Shown here: positions 37,075 through 50,261 of the stretch, one piece after another
Layout: every line of letters starts with the position of its first letter
Position numbering within the stretch: position 1 is the stretch's first letter
DNA from: Ranitomeya imitator
Taxonomy: Eukaryota
Assembly (NCBI RefSeq): GCF_032444005.1
Contig: NC_091282.1
Location: 83,638,001-83,702,000 of the forward strand
Length of the DNA stretch: 64,000 nt
Direction: 5' to 3'
Made by a program: the position numbers and the translations under genes
Notes under the pieces: model-generated
Told to the model about the DNA's origin: nothing
The model's database searches: none
Seen by the model: the letters and a program-made list of their open reading frames with translations, nothing else

Positions 37075-37169
37075 TTAATGCCAAATTGCTTAAAGTTAAA
37101 AAAAAAAAAACAGGGGTAACGATTTATAATCAATATATACAAACAAAAATAAAATAAAAAAGATATACA

Positions 37170-37170
<1 letters not shown>

Positions 37171-37206
<36 letters not shown>
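37171..37206. repeat. (TA)n microsatellite
   Basis: Direct reading. Further (TA)n tracts at 38523-38566 and 39994-40048, and a (CT)n(TA)n tract at about 39456-39492. Confidence 0.95.
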
Positions 37207-37211
<5 letters not shown>

Positions 37212-37760
37212 TTATTACTGTTTAGTAAAATAAATAATACAATTAAATATGAAAGGAAATTACTTTTGTCTTTTTCGGCTTTCAATGTTACACTTTATTA
37301 AACTTTTTTTCCCCAAGTTAACTGCCAAGCCTGAAATAAAACTTCAGCAAGTCCAATTAAAAAAAAAACACTGCTTGATGTATTTGTGTTGTTTTAGCCA
37401 CTGTTATGGCTACTAAAAAGGTCACAAAAGGCTTGTGGCACCACAGAGGTCATTTCTGTTATTCTTAGGAGGGAAGTTTTGACATGTGATATACTGCAAA
37501 GATAATACAGTCAGTGGCTCGGCCCTTGTCAATCAAGCGATTCCTGCTGTACCAGGAACTTGTAGAGGTTGACTTAACTTTCCTTAAGGGCCCTATTTAA
37601 TTTCCCGATCAGTTTTCTTTTGATTTGACCTTAAGGAGAAAAAAAAAAATAATTGTTAAAGTCCCATTCAGAGAACGATTTTTCACAATTGTCTCCTGTG
37701 GGAAAAAGAATTAGTGAACTTGTCTTCGCTGTCGTCTCCCATTGTATTTGAGTTGTATAG

Positions 37761-37872
37761 GAGGGGAAGAGGGAGACGAACAAATTGAGACGACATTCTT
37801 CAGGAATGCCTGAGCAGCTTGATGAAAGATATTGGGATAGGAAGGGACTGCTTTATCTCTGGAATATGGCAC
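37761..37872 (+). CDS. Tentative exon; acceptor (37761 or 37804) and frame unresolved
   Basis: Donor CAC|gtaaat. From 37761 it reads EGKRETNKLRRHSSGMPEQLDERYWDRKGLLYLWNMA (0->1). From 37804 it reads ECLSSLMKDIGIGRDCFISGIWH (0->0). Confidence 0.3.
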
Positions 37873-38510
37873 GTAAATAATGTCACTTTGAGGAGTATAT
37901 AAGTTGGTAGGTTGCTCTGAGTATTTATTAACAGGGTGACAGTCAATCAAATAACACGTATAAAAATTCACCTCGGTCCTTTAAAATAACAAGACGCGGC
38001 TCATGCAGTTCTTAGTTAAGTAAACATTAGTATGGAGGATTGTAAAATGTTCCTTGCTAATTTAAACAAGCAATATCTACTATGGTCCCTATTTGCTGTT
38101 CAATGTCTTTTCGTGTGTCGATCTGTGCAATAGGATATATCCACTAAGAAAAATGAGAGCAGATTCTACGTCTATACTGTAAATGTAACTGGAGGGAAGT
38201 CATTTGTGGCCCCCCAAAATATGTATGCTCTAATACTATAGAAATTATTTAGTCCAAAAATTAGCCAAAAATAAATTGTTATCCTAAGTCCATGTTCCTA
38301 TGTTGCACAAATACTTCACTGCATTTTTTGGTTGGGTTTGTAGAAAACCTGTAGAAAAAAACAGAGTGGAATAAATCAAGTTCGCCACTAATTTCTAACA
38401 TTTTTGGGATAATGATCAAGTTTTCAACATTTTAACTCTTTGCAATTCGCTTTGACTGTTTCCTGCAATTTAGCACCTGGATTCTGAGGGGTTGTAAAGG
38501 GTTTATATAT

Positions 38511-38570
<60 letters not shown>

Positions 38571-38643
38571 TAGATGGATATATATGTATATACTGTATGT
38601 ATTCATGTAGATATATCTATATCTATCTATCTATATATATATA

Positions 38644-38674
<31 letters not shown>

Positions 38675-39450
38675 CAGTACAGACCAAAAGTTTGGACACA
38701 CCTTCTCATTTAAAGACTTTCCTGTATTTTCATGACTATGAAATTTGTACATTCACACTGAAGGCATCAGAACTATGAATTAACACATGTGGAATTATAC
38801 ACTTAACAAAAAAGTGTGAAACAACTGAAATTATATCTTACTAGATGGCAGCCCGATTCTAAAGAATCGGGAGTCTAGAATCCATATATACTTTATTTAT
38901 TCAAATGTAAGAATAATACAATTAATAAATAATAGTAAGAAAGAACAAAAAATGGCTGCACTCACCAGCTCTTGACAATTCTTGTTATTTAAGTAAAAAT
39001 TCAAAAATCACACCAAAATGGCGGGCGGAGTGTGTCACAGTACGGCACGTTTCTGATTGGTCGCTCGCAGCAGGCGGCAACCAATCAGACACTGGACACT
39101 GTTGACGTCACTTATCTCCGGACATTAGCTCCGGACATTAGCTCCGGACATTAGCTCCGGACATTATCTCCGCACATTAGCTCCGGACATTAGCTCCGGA
39201 CAAAGCCACGGAAGTTGGCACAAATTGCAGGAAGTAGTATTCTAGGCAATTAATCTCCGGACATTAGCTCCGGACATTAGCTCCGGACATTAGCTCCGGA
39301 CAAAGCCACGGAAGTTGGCACAAATTGCAGGAAGTAGTATTCTAGGCAATTATATATTAGATATTCTAGGTTCTTCAAAGTAGCCACCTTTTGCTTTGAT
39401 GACTGCTTTGCACACTCTTGGCATTTTCTTGATGAGCTTCAAGAGGTAGT
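38675..39450. mobile_element. Tc1 terminal remnant split by a Helitron
   Basis: TA|CAGTACAGACCAAAAGTTTGGACACACC start; ..atatctta|tattctaggttcttcaaagtagcc rejoins across the Helitron. Confidence 0.65.
38841..39361 (-). mobile_element. Non-autonomous Helitron
   Basis: Minus strand: A|TCTAATATATAATTG ... hairpin cccgattctttagaatcggg ... CCATCTAG|T. Inserted between A and T with no TSD. Internal 12-bp repeats (ctccggacatta[g]). Confidence 0.85.
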
Positions 39451-39455
39451 CTGTA

Positions 39456-39492
<37 letters not shown>

Positions 39493-39493
<1 letters not shown>

Positions 39494-39992
39494 CTATATA
39501 TAAAATTGTCTAAGGGTCATTCTGTCTGTCTGTCCTGGAAATCCCGCGTCTCTGATTGGTCGAGGCCGCCAGGCCTCGACCAATCAGCGACGGGCACAGT
39601 ATCGACGTATAAATCCCGCGTCTCTGATTGGTCGAGGCCGCCAGGCCTCGACCAATCAGTGACCGGCACAGCGACGATGATGTCATAAAGGACGTAGACA
39701 TCCCGCGTCTCTGATTGGTCGAGGTCGCCAGGCCTCGACCAATCAGCAACGGGCACAGCGACGATGATGTCATAAAGGATGTAGAAATCCCACGTTTCTG
39801 ATTCAGCGACGGGCACAGTATTGACGTAGATGTCATAATGGTTGCCATGGCGACGATGACGTCATAAAGGTTGCCTCGACCAATCAGCGACGGGCACAGT
39901 CTGCCGCGAATTCTGGAATCATCATTGTCCATATACTACGGGGACATGCATATTCTAGAATACCCGATGCGTTAGAATCGGGCCACAATCTA

Positions 39993-39993
<1 letters not shown>
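39493..39993 (+). mobile_element. Non-autonomous Helitron
   Basis: A|TCTATATATAAAATTGTCTAAGGG ... hairpin cccgatgcgttagaatcggg ... CAATCTAG|T. Internal repeats carry gattggtcgaggc..gcctcgaccaatc hairpins. Confidence 0.85.
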
Positions 39994-40053
<60 letters not shown>

Positions 40054-40153
40054 CGGAAGCAGCACTCCAGTGGAGACTAGTGAAAAAATTTGGATTGGAA
40101 ATTCATTCATCTGTGTTAATAAAGCTTACTCTTTCAACAAATGCAAGATCTAA

Positions 40154-40366
40154 GGCTAGCTTCACACTAGCGTTAGGCAGGACTGTGGATGAAGGCCTTC
40201 TTCCTCTGTGAAGCCCTGCTCACTGCCGCGCCCCTTCCTTCAGCTCTGCCTACATCTGCATGTGTCCTGCGTACCCTATCTTCATCATTGGGTACACAGG
40301 CCATACGGATGTATGCGGATGCCTCCTCATGCGTCGTTTTGGCCGAACGCTAGTGTGGAGCTAGCC
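40154..40366. mobile_element. Short PIF/Harbinger-like MITE
   Basis: TAA|ggctagcttcacactagcgtt ... aacgctagtgtggagctagcc|TAA. Confidence 0.75.
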
Positions 40367-42730
40367 TAAGTCAACTTAATATTTGGTGTGACCATCCTTT
40401 GCCTTCAAAACATCATCAAACCATCAGTTCTTCTAGGTACTTGCACTTGCAAACAGTTTTTGAACAAATTCAGCAGCAGGCTTGTTCTAAACATCTTAGA
40501 ACTAACCACCTACCCTCTGTGTAAGGTCTATGTATTCTGTTCTGTGAATGAAGCTGTACACGAATCTTGCTATCTCTTCATATAATTAATCATACAAATA
40601 AATATACTGTATCTCAGGATAAAGAAGAACAAGTAGTTCTGCAAAAGATTGTATGGCCCTCACAGAGTCCTTATCTATGCATCACTGATTCTTTCTGGAT
40701 ATGAAGAGGCAGAAGGATTTTCATAAGCGTACTTACACAGAGGATCTGTGGTTAGTTCTCCAAGATGGAACAACCTCCCTGCTAAGTTATCTCAAAAACT
40801 AAGTGTACCAAAAAAAAATGATGCTTTAATGATGTTTTGATTTTAAATGCAAAGACCAGTCGCACCAATTATTGATTTGATTTAGATTTGTTTTTCATTT
40901 ATTGACTTTACATTTCTATCTCTGAAAGCTTTCTTACTTTTGTAACATTTTTCCACACCTGCCCAAAATGTTTGCACGGTACATGTATATATGCATGTAT
41001 TGCCCTCGCCTCTTGCTCTCTTTAGTCCAGTGTTTTCTTCTAACATCTTTGGTCACTAGCATTGACTAGGCTTCATAACAACATCATGATGTTCATCACC
41101 CTGCAACATCAGGATGATGCATAGTCAGCACCATAGGTGCTGAAGAATGCAGAAGATAAGACCAGACCAAAGGGAGCAACAGGTGAGGCCTAGGGAGAGA
41201 TGAATATTCATTTTTTTTTCTTACCCCAGTATATAAAAAGGCTCATTTGACTTACATCAAATGAGAATTTCCCTGACAAATTCAAGCCAATTCACAAAGT
41301 AGAGTATATTGAATGTTCTTCCCCTGAGAGATGATGTTGGGGGAGAAAAGGATCCAGCATATCTAATTATGGACTACCAATCCTTCTGTTCTTGGTGAGA
41401 TAATCACTGCCAAAGGAATCTGGCAGCAGCTCTCTCATAGAGAAAACAGGAGAGATCATTTTCTATGTGTGTGTTAGGGCTTTGTGATATATGAAGACTT
41501 GTAAAGGCAAATACTGTAGCTCTTATCTCCTCCCCGTGTCACATAGATCTCACTGATGGCACCTACTGTAATTACAAGTGGGTGATGGGACGAGGCAAGC
41601 GCTGTTTGTTATTACAACCACCCATCTGCATCTATTGCAGGCATCAAGAATAATATTATTATTATTATTATTATTATAACACCATTTACTCCATGGCGCT
41701 TTACATGTGAGGAGGGGTATACATAAAAAGTCACGACTGGTACTGGAGGAGAGAGGACCCTGCCCATGAGGGCTCACAGTCTACAAGGGATAGGTGAGGA
41801 TACAGTAGGTGAGGGTAGAGCTGGCCGTGCAGTGATTTGGTGGATCAGTAGTTACTGCAGGTTGTAGACTTGTTGGAAGAGGTAGGTCTTTAGGAATTGT
41901 GGAATAATGCCCTGATAACTGGAACAGACCTGTGTATTTCACTTGCTCACATTTAACACAGCCATCATTTCTGCTATCCTACACCCACACTGTCAGTGCC
42001 ATGTGTTGAGAGTTGCAGCATGTCTCATACTGGAGCTGTGCCAACTGTGAGGGCATTATTCCCTGATGTCTGCAACAGATTCAGAGAGCTAAAAGAAAAT
42101 TTCAGACAATAAATGGGTGCCTGAGAATAAGGACTAAAACATTTTTGGTTGTTTTTATGTGCATGTCAAAAAGTCCCATAATTTAGAATACAATGATGGT
42201 ACATATAGCCAAAAATAAATAGTTAAATCAAAACCTATTCACAAAAAACATATGGACAAGATAAAGGTATAGAAAAATTATTTGTTATATTGAACAATAC
42301 AAAAGGTTAAAAAGAAAAGGAGTACACAAAAAGGGAGTGTTAGGGCTAGCAGAACGCACCAAATAATATAAAGGGAGATATGAGGTGATATGGGGTCCAC
42401 CGTGCAGAGATGGAACCTGCTGCTGAGTAATGGCGGATGAACACTTGCTTACACGTGGGTTAGAACTCACCCAGTGTTAATGGAAGCATACTCTGTTGCT
42501 TCAGAGTCGCTTAAATGAATGCTGTGCCCTGCTAATAGTCACAGAGTGCAGCTGGTGGATGCTGGTGGGATTCCTATGATTCCCCCCCTCTATGCTGGTG
42601 AATGGACTCGCTCTGAACCTCGTTGGCTTTTGAACCCGCGTCTGTGGAAGCCCTGAGTCAGATGCTGAGTCCAAGCGGGAATTCCCAACCTAGACGGACC
42701 GGTTGTCAGGACTTATTAAAGATTTACCGC

Positions 42731-44990
42731 CAGGGGCGGATTATCAGAGGGTCAATATGGGCGGTAGCCCAGGGCCCAGTGGTGTGGGGGGGGGCCCTGG
42801 GCTACCGCACAGATTGCCCGCTGGCCGCCGCCGGCATTTGTGTGCCCCCGACCCGGTGGGCAGAGAGAGGGGGCCCGCATCCGGCCGCATCTCATCTGCT
42901 CACTGGGCCCCTTCTGGCACTGCCTGCGGCGGTTTCCTATTGACGTGCGGGCGCTCGCCTGCACGTAAATAGTTAACAACAGCCGCCAGCCAATTGGAGG
43001 CTGGCAGCTGATGTCGGGCGCAGGCGCAGTGCACATGCCGGCGAGTGTGCGCTGCTGGAGGGAGCTCGCCGCTGGAGCGCACAGGTCAGGTGAGGAGACT
43101 CGTTTTTTTTTTGTTTTTTTGTTTTTTGATAACCGTTACGGTGGACATACTGGGGGCATTGCTGTAGACACTGGGGCAGATTGCTGTAGACACTGGGGCA
43201 GATTGCTGTAGACACTGGGGCAATGCTGTAGACACTGGGGCAGATAGCTGTAGACACTGGGGCAATGCTGTAGACACTGGGGCAATGCTGTAGACACTGG
43301 GGCAGATTTCTGGAGACACTGGGGCAGATTGCTGGAGACATTGGGGCAATGCTGGAGACACTGGGGCAATGCTGGAGACACTGGGGCAGATTGTTGGAGA
43401 CACTGGGGTAATGCTGGAGACACTGGGGCAATGCTGGAGACACTGAGGCAATGCTGGAGAGACTTGGGCAATGCTGGAGACACTGGGGCAATGCTGGAGA
43501 CACTGGGGCAGATTGCTGGACACACTGGGGCAGATTGCTGGACACACTGGGGCAATGCTGGACACTGGGGCAGATTGCTGGACACACTGGGAGCAAAGCT
43601 GGACAATTGGACATACTGGGGCAGATTGCTGGACACACTGGGGGCAATGCTGGACATACTGGGGCAGATTGCTGGACACACTGGGGGCAATATGCTGGAC
43701 ACACTGGGGCAGATTGCTGGACACACTGGGGCAATGCTGGACACACTGGGGCAATATGCTGGACACACTGGGGCAGATTGCTGGACACACTGGGGCAGAT
43801 TGCTGGACACACTGGGGGCAGGACTGGAGGCATGGGCAGAATGTAGACACGGGGCATGATTGGAGACACAGGGCAGAATGAAAGACATCGGGCAGGATTG
43901 TATCATGGGGCAGGATGTGGAGATCATATTGGGTAGAATGGATACTCATGAGGGCAGGATGCGAGAACATATGGCTGGAGCCAGGAATTAGATAAACGGG
44001 GCCAAGGTCGGGAATATTATTACCTTAGGGTCTAATTAAGGGATATTATTACTGCAGTGATGCATTTATTTTATTTTTTGAGTATACTGTTTTAAATGGG
44101 GGGGTGGTCCTGTTACTGTGCAGAGTGATACTATACCACCTTTTTTTCTTCATGTGGTGTAATGTAGAAGTTGTGAAAAATTAAGTAATGTGTTGTGCAA
44201 GCGGAGCTTGTGATAACTGTGCTATTTCCTGCAGAAACGAGTCCTGGCTGGAAGAAATGATGGCAGTCTGTGCTGGATGAAAGATGAAGGACTTCACCTA
44301 GAGACGTCACTGGTGAGTCAGTGTTACCTATACACTGACACTATACACTGTATACTATATACAGAGGTCCTGTGTACAATGTCACCAGTGATCACTGTAT
44401 TACCTATACATTATATACAGAGTTCCTGTGTATAATACCACCAGTGATCTCTGTATTACCTCTACACAGACACTGCATACTAAGTACAGATCTCCTGTGA
44501 ATACTGGCACTTATGGTGATAGTATTGTGTTTTTTTTTTTTTATTACTGATCAGTATTGTAGTATTCAGTCACTATGTGGTGGTAATGTGTGGTCTGGAA
44601 ATGGTGTTGTGGTATTTGCCCCTTGTATGTGCTGTTTGGTCATCAAGTGGTGGTAATATGTGGTCTTGACATGGTGCAGTGGTATTTGTTCCTTGTATGT
44701 GATATTATTCGATCACTGTGGTTGTAATTTGTGGTCTGGTCATGGTGCGGTGGTATTTGTGCCTTGTATGTGATATTATTGGTCAAAATATACCTAAATT
44801 GTATTGCAGATTTTAACAAATATTTAATAGGTTACAGTAGAGTAGGGCGCGACCATTTTTCTGGAATAATCTGGTTCGGGTATATCATGACCCCGTCACA
44901 TGACCCCTGTCACATGACCCCCGTCACATGACCGGGGGGCCCACAGTGTCTGAACAGCACGGGGCCCTGGCTACCCTTAATCTGCCCCTG
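42731..44990. mobile_element. Non-autonomous hAT (2260 bp) nested in the Gypsy 3' LTR
   Basis: TIR CAGGGGCGGATTA / TAATCTGCCCCTG; 8-bp TSD TTTACCGC at 42723-42730 and 44991-44998. Confidence 0.9.
43150..43900. repeat. About 20-22-bp minisatellite (gctggagacactggggca[g]at) inside the nested hAT
   Basis: Direct tandem repeats; source of the repetitive ORFs on both strands. Confidence 0.92.
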
Positions 44991-45649
44991 TTTACCGCAC
45001 AGAGTGCGTACAGCGCCGCTCTGGTGGACGCCACTACCCACCCTAACTAGGGCTAGGGAAGCACACTGGTTGCGCACGGCGCTGCACTGGCGGTGGCTGC
45101 TAGATGATGCAGTAATTTGTGTCTAGTGCTGGATGGCACAATCTGGCACTTTATAGCTCAATCACCCAATTACTTTCAACGACACTAGGGATGGGAATGA
45201 TTAAGGAGCTTTCACCAGTTTCAGTCATACATCCACACACACGCGATTTCAGTTCCATACTAGTGCATGGCCGAGCGGCCATGCGAGCCTTTTATAGATG
45301 TAGCCTTTCGGGACCTTCCTCGTGGTCCAATCAGAGCCGCTACAGGAACTGAGCATGTGACCTCCGACCTCCAATGAGAGGCATGCTCAGTAGATGAAAA
45401 CCAGGGCTTAGTCCCTGGAACGTCTGCTCACCGCTGATCAATGCTGGTTATCAAGGCTGAACCTGGGGCAGCAGCCGTAACCAGCCGCACAGTATCAGCT
45501 TGAGCCAGATGCTGGGACCGACGTCTCTGCTGGGCAGACTCCGCTGTGGCTGGGGAAGAATGGGAATCCGCAGAGGATATGGTTCGAGATTCCCCCTGTG
45601 CAGCGGTGGGATCTCGACACTTAACATTACCCCCCCCCCTCCAAGGGCC

Positions 45650-48600
45650 TCGCTACGCTCAAAGGCAGCAAAGAGCTGAGGAACCCGAATGTGCTCAATA
45701 GGCTTCCAAGTCCTGTCCTATGGGCCATGACTCTTCCAATCCACCAGATAATACTTTTTGCCACCTACCACCTTACACCCAACAATAGCATTCACCTCAT
45801 AATCATTCATGGATGAGCCCGATGTCCCGCACATGACTCAGAAAACCGGGACATGTGAACAGGTTTTAGGAGGGACACATGAAAGGTGTTGGTGATACCT
45901 AGGCGTGGAGGAAGGGCCAACCGATAGACCACAGGGTTCACTTGACCCAAGACCTTGAAGGGACCAATGTAGTGAGGCATAAACTTAGTGGACTCAACTT
46001 GCAGCCTGATGTTAAGGGCAGAGAGCCACAATAAGTCACCAGGAGCAAAGGTCAGAGCGGAGCGCCAATGTGCATCGGCGGAAGCCCTCATTCTCTCCTT
46101 GGAGGCCCGAATGGCATCCTGTGTGTGGTCCCAAATGTCACGTGCCTCCACCGCCCAGTCTGCCACCCTAGAATTGGTGGACAACACGGGCATGGGCACA
46201 GGGACACATGGATGCTGGCGGTAGTTAAGGAGGAATGGAGTCTGACCAGTGGAGTCGGCTGCGGCTTTGTTCAGTGCAAACTCTGCCCATGGTAGCAAGG
46301 ATGCCAATTCATCCTGCCTGGCCAAAACAAAATGCCACAGTTTTGTGACTAGAGTCTGGTTGGCCCTCTCTACCAACACATTCTTCTCGGAATGATACAC
46401 TGAAGAGAGATTCAGCTCAATGCTGATTTGACGACAGAGCTATCTCCAGAACTGAGATGCAAACTGGGGACCCTGGTCACTGACAATTTTGTCTGGCAGA
46501 CCATGTTGGTGGAAATCATGCTTAATAAACAACACACCCAAGGCCCGTGCAGAAGGTAGCCGTGGAAGAGGCACCAAGTGCACCATTTTGGAAAAATGGT
46601 CGGTGACTACCCAGATAACGGTGCAGCTACGAGACTTGGGTAAGCCCACCACAAAGTCCATCCCAAGCATTTCCCATGGCCTGTCTGCTACCAGCAGGGG
46701 GTAAAGTAGCCCAGTAGGCCATTGCCAAGGAGACCGATTCTTGGAGCAAGAGACACATGCTCGAATATAGTCTCTGACGTCACTGGCTATATCTGGCCAC
46801 CAGTACGTCCTCGCCAGGAGCTCAGATGTCCTCTTGGTCCAAAATGTAAACCCACACAGGAGGAGTGGGCCCAAGAGAACTTTTGGTCACAAATTAGGTG
46901 GAACAAAAGTCTTGCCTGGAGGCACAGACTCTAGCGAAACCAGGGTCACAGTTCTCAGGTTTTCTGAAAGGACAATAAGCCGAGGCTCCTACTCCTCCTC
47001 CTCTGAAGACATTAAGGAGCGGGAGAGAGCGTCGGCACGAGTGTTCTTCTCTCCAGAGAGAAAATGGAGAGTGAAGTGGAACCGGGAGAAGAACAGGGAC
47101 CATCTGGCCTGGCGAGAGTTTAGCCGCTGGGCGGTTTGGAAATATACCACATTTTTGTGGTCGGTGAATACTTGGAAGGGATAGCAAGCCCCCTCCAGGA
47201 GGTGTCTCCACTCCGAAAAGGCCAGCTTCATGGCTAGCAACTCACTGTCCCTGATTGAATAATTCCTCTCCGCCGGTGAGAAGGTTTTGGAGAAGAAGAA
47301 GCAAGGATTCTTCTGGCCTTGAGCATCCTTCTAGAAGAGGACTGCTCCAGCACTGAAAGAAGAGGCATCCACCTCCATGACAAAATGGTTTATCAACAGT
47401 GGGGTGATGTAAAATGGGAACACTAGCGAAAAGTGACTTGATAGAGAGAAGGCCTTGGAGACCTCCTCCGACCACAATTTGGGATTTGCTCCCTTCTTGG
47501 TGAGGGCAACCAGGGGAGCTACCAAGGTTGATAAGTGGGGAATGAACTGGCGATAATAGTTGATGACCCCATAAAGCGCTGCACCGCTTTAAGAGAATGG
47601 GGTTCCTGCCAGTCCATCACAGCCTGTAGCTTGGCAAGATCCATGGCCAACTCCCGGGCAGAGATGATATAGCCCAGGAAGGCAAGGATTCCTGCTCAAG
47701 CACACATTTCTCAAACTTGGCATAGAGGGAGTTTTCCCATAAGAGGTCGAAGACTTTGCAAACATCTCTCCGGTGGGAGTCTATATCTGGAGAGTAGATG
47801 AGAATATCATCCAGATAGACAACGACCAAGGTTGTGAGCATTTTCCAGAAGATATAATTCACAAAGTCTTGGAAAACGGCAGGAGCATTAAAAAGCCTGA
47901 AGGGCATCACCAGGTATTCATAGTGCCCATCCCTGGTGTTAAAAGCCGCCTTCCATCTGCCCCCCTCACGGATGCGAATCAGGTTGTAAGCACCCCGCAG
48001 ATCAAGCTTAGTAAATACCCTCGTCCCCCGAGGCAATGTTGACCCATTCACCACTCTTACGGTCACTGATTTGGTGAATATTACCAGGGGTATTGTGTGT
48101 CGTTGAGCGAAGGCAGAAAACATGAAGTTGCCCTTCGTCCCAGAATCCACGCGTAGCTCTACCGTATGAGTGGATGGGCCTATGGTAATTGTCCCCTTGA
48201 AGGACAATTTGGAGGAAAACGTCGCTGTGTCTAGTGTACCTCCTACAACCACTAGACGCTGACTTTTTCCTGACCGTTGGGGACATTTTCTGGCATAATG
48301 TCTGACTGCTGGCAGACAGGACAGACCTTGAGTGCATGAGCGGTCTGGGACTCAGACCCCACTCGTGTCACCTCCATGGTCTCATGTGGCTTTGACGCCT
48401 GGACCGGAGATTCCAGAGGTTTAGTGAAGGTGGGAGCCAGCCGAAACCTCTGCCTACACTGGGCTTGCTCCAACCTTCGCTCGTTAAAATGAAGGTCGAT
48501 GCGGGTAAATATTGCTATTAGCTCCTCCAGTGTAGCAGGAATCTCACTAGTGGCCAAGGTGTCCTTCACATGGTCAGCTAGTCCCCTCCAGAATACAGAG

Positions 48601-49135
48601 ATGAGGACTTTATCTGGCCACTCCAACTCAGAAGAATCAAGAAGTGGATAGCAAAATGGCTGACCACGGATGAACTCTGTGTCAATGCCAGCAGTTGGAG
48701 CGCTGTATCATGGGTGACACTAGGTCCCAAAAAGACCTGTTTCAGAGTGCTCAAGAACCGCATAGCACTCTGCACCACATGATCATCGTGCTCCCACAGC
48801 GGCATAGCCCACTCCAACACCCTGTCCGACAGGAGGGATATAATAAATCCCACCTTAGCCCGCTCGGTGGGAAAATGTGCAGCCAGGAGCTCAAGATGTA
48901 TAGCACACTGGCTCACGAATCCCCAACACAGCTTACTGTCACCAGCAAACTTGTCTGGCAATGGGAGAGGGGATAATGTCCGAGCAGGGGTGGCAGTGGA
49001 CAAACTAGCTGCATCCACACTAACAGCCTGAACAGCAATTGCGGTAATATTCACGGCTGAGGTTGTGTGCTCGAGAGCCGCCAACCTGCCCTCCAGCTGC
49101 TGGATATAATGCTGTAGTCGCTGTTCATCCATCAT
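45650..49135 (-). pseudogene. Fragmented gag-pol: capsid, CCHC knuckle, protease, RT, RNase H, integrase, GPY/F, chromodomain
   Basis: PDKFAGD..GFVSQC..FPTERAKVGFIISLL (gag); C-x2-C..HYARKC knuckle broken by a frameshift; VDSG (protease); KLDLRGAYNLIRI, YLDDILIYS (RT); VDASS, FTDHKN (RNase H); MDFVVGL, SDQGPQF, VERANQTL (integrase); YIGPF; YEVNAIVG..YYLVDWK..TWKP (chromodomain). Many frameshifts. Confidence 0.92.
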
Positions 49136-50261
49136 TACTAGCCAGACCCTGGTGCTAGAATAATATTAGGGCTAGAGGAACTCACCAAATAATATAAAGG
49201 AAGAAATGAGATGCGTTTGCAGCTCGGGGTCCACCATGCAGAGATGGAACCTGCTGCTGAGTAATGGCGGATGAACACTTGCTCGCACGTGGGTTAGACC
49301 TCACCCAGTGTGAATGGAAGCGAACTCTGTTGCTTCAAAGAGTCGCTTAAATGAACGTTGCGCCTGTTAATAGTCACAGGGTGCAGCTGTTGGATGCTGG
49401 TGGAATCCCAATGATTCACCCCCTCTATGCTGGTGATTGGACTTGCTCTAATCCTCGGTGGCTTTGGAGCCCATGCCTGAGGACGCCCTGAGTCAGATGC
49501 TGAGTCCAAGCGGGAGTTCCTACCTTACACTGACCGGTTGTCAGGACTTATTAAAGATTTACCACACAGAGTGCGTACAGTGCCACTCTGGCGGACTCCA
49601 CTAACCACCCTAACTAGAGCTAGGAAAGTGCACTTGTTGCGCACGGCGCCGCACTGGCAGCGGCTGCTAATTGACACAGTAATTCATGTGTAGTGCTGGA
49701 TGGCACAATCTGGCGCTAGATAGCTCAATCACCCAATTGCTTTCAACAACATGGGAATGATTAAAGAGCTTTCATCAGTTTCATTCATACATCCACACAC
49801 ACACGATTTAAGTTCTATACTAGCGAATGGCCGAGCGGCCATGCGAGCCTTTTATAGATGTAGCCTTCTGGGAACTTCCTTGTGGTCCAATCATAGCTGT
49901 TACCGGACTTGAGCATGTGACCTCTGACCTCCAATGAGAGGTCGTCCCACGGGCATGCCCAGTAGATGAAAATCAGGACTTAGTCTGTGGAACATCTGCT
50001 TGCCGTTGATCAATGCTGGTTACAAAGGCTGAACCTGGGGCAGCAGCTGTAACCAGCCGCACAGTATCAGCTTCAGCCAGACACTGGGACCGACGTCTCT
50101 GCTGAGCAGACTCCACTGTGGCTGGGGAAGAATGGGAAACCGCAGAGGACATGGTTTCAGATTCCCCCTGTGGAGCGGTGGGAACTCGACACCTAACAGG
50201 GAGGCAATGCATAACAGCAGGAGGAGATGAGATGAATAAAAGTCAGTACATGATCACATTG

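Larger units (their letters stand above)
42338..50198 (-). mobile_element. Ty3/Gypsy chromovirus-type LTR retrotransposon (defective provirus)
   Basis: Two homologous LTRs of about 1.03 kb: 49164-50198, and 42338-45626 split by an insertion. TGTTAG..CTAACA ends, 5-bp TSD GGGAG (42333-42337 / 50199-50203), PPT GGAGGGGGGGGGTAA next to the 3' LTR (about 45627-45642). Confidence 0.93.

Noticed and set aside
37711-37971. Minus-strand 86-aa ORF (also the minus-strand ORFs at 24628-24888 and 27897-28091)
   Set aside because: They are antisense to plus-strand exon candidates that have better splice signals, and their own donors/acceptors are weak.
48252-49135. PEG10/RTL/LDOC1-like host gene
   Set aside because: It is the frameshifted gag of the Gypsy provirus, bounded by LTRs and a TSD.
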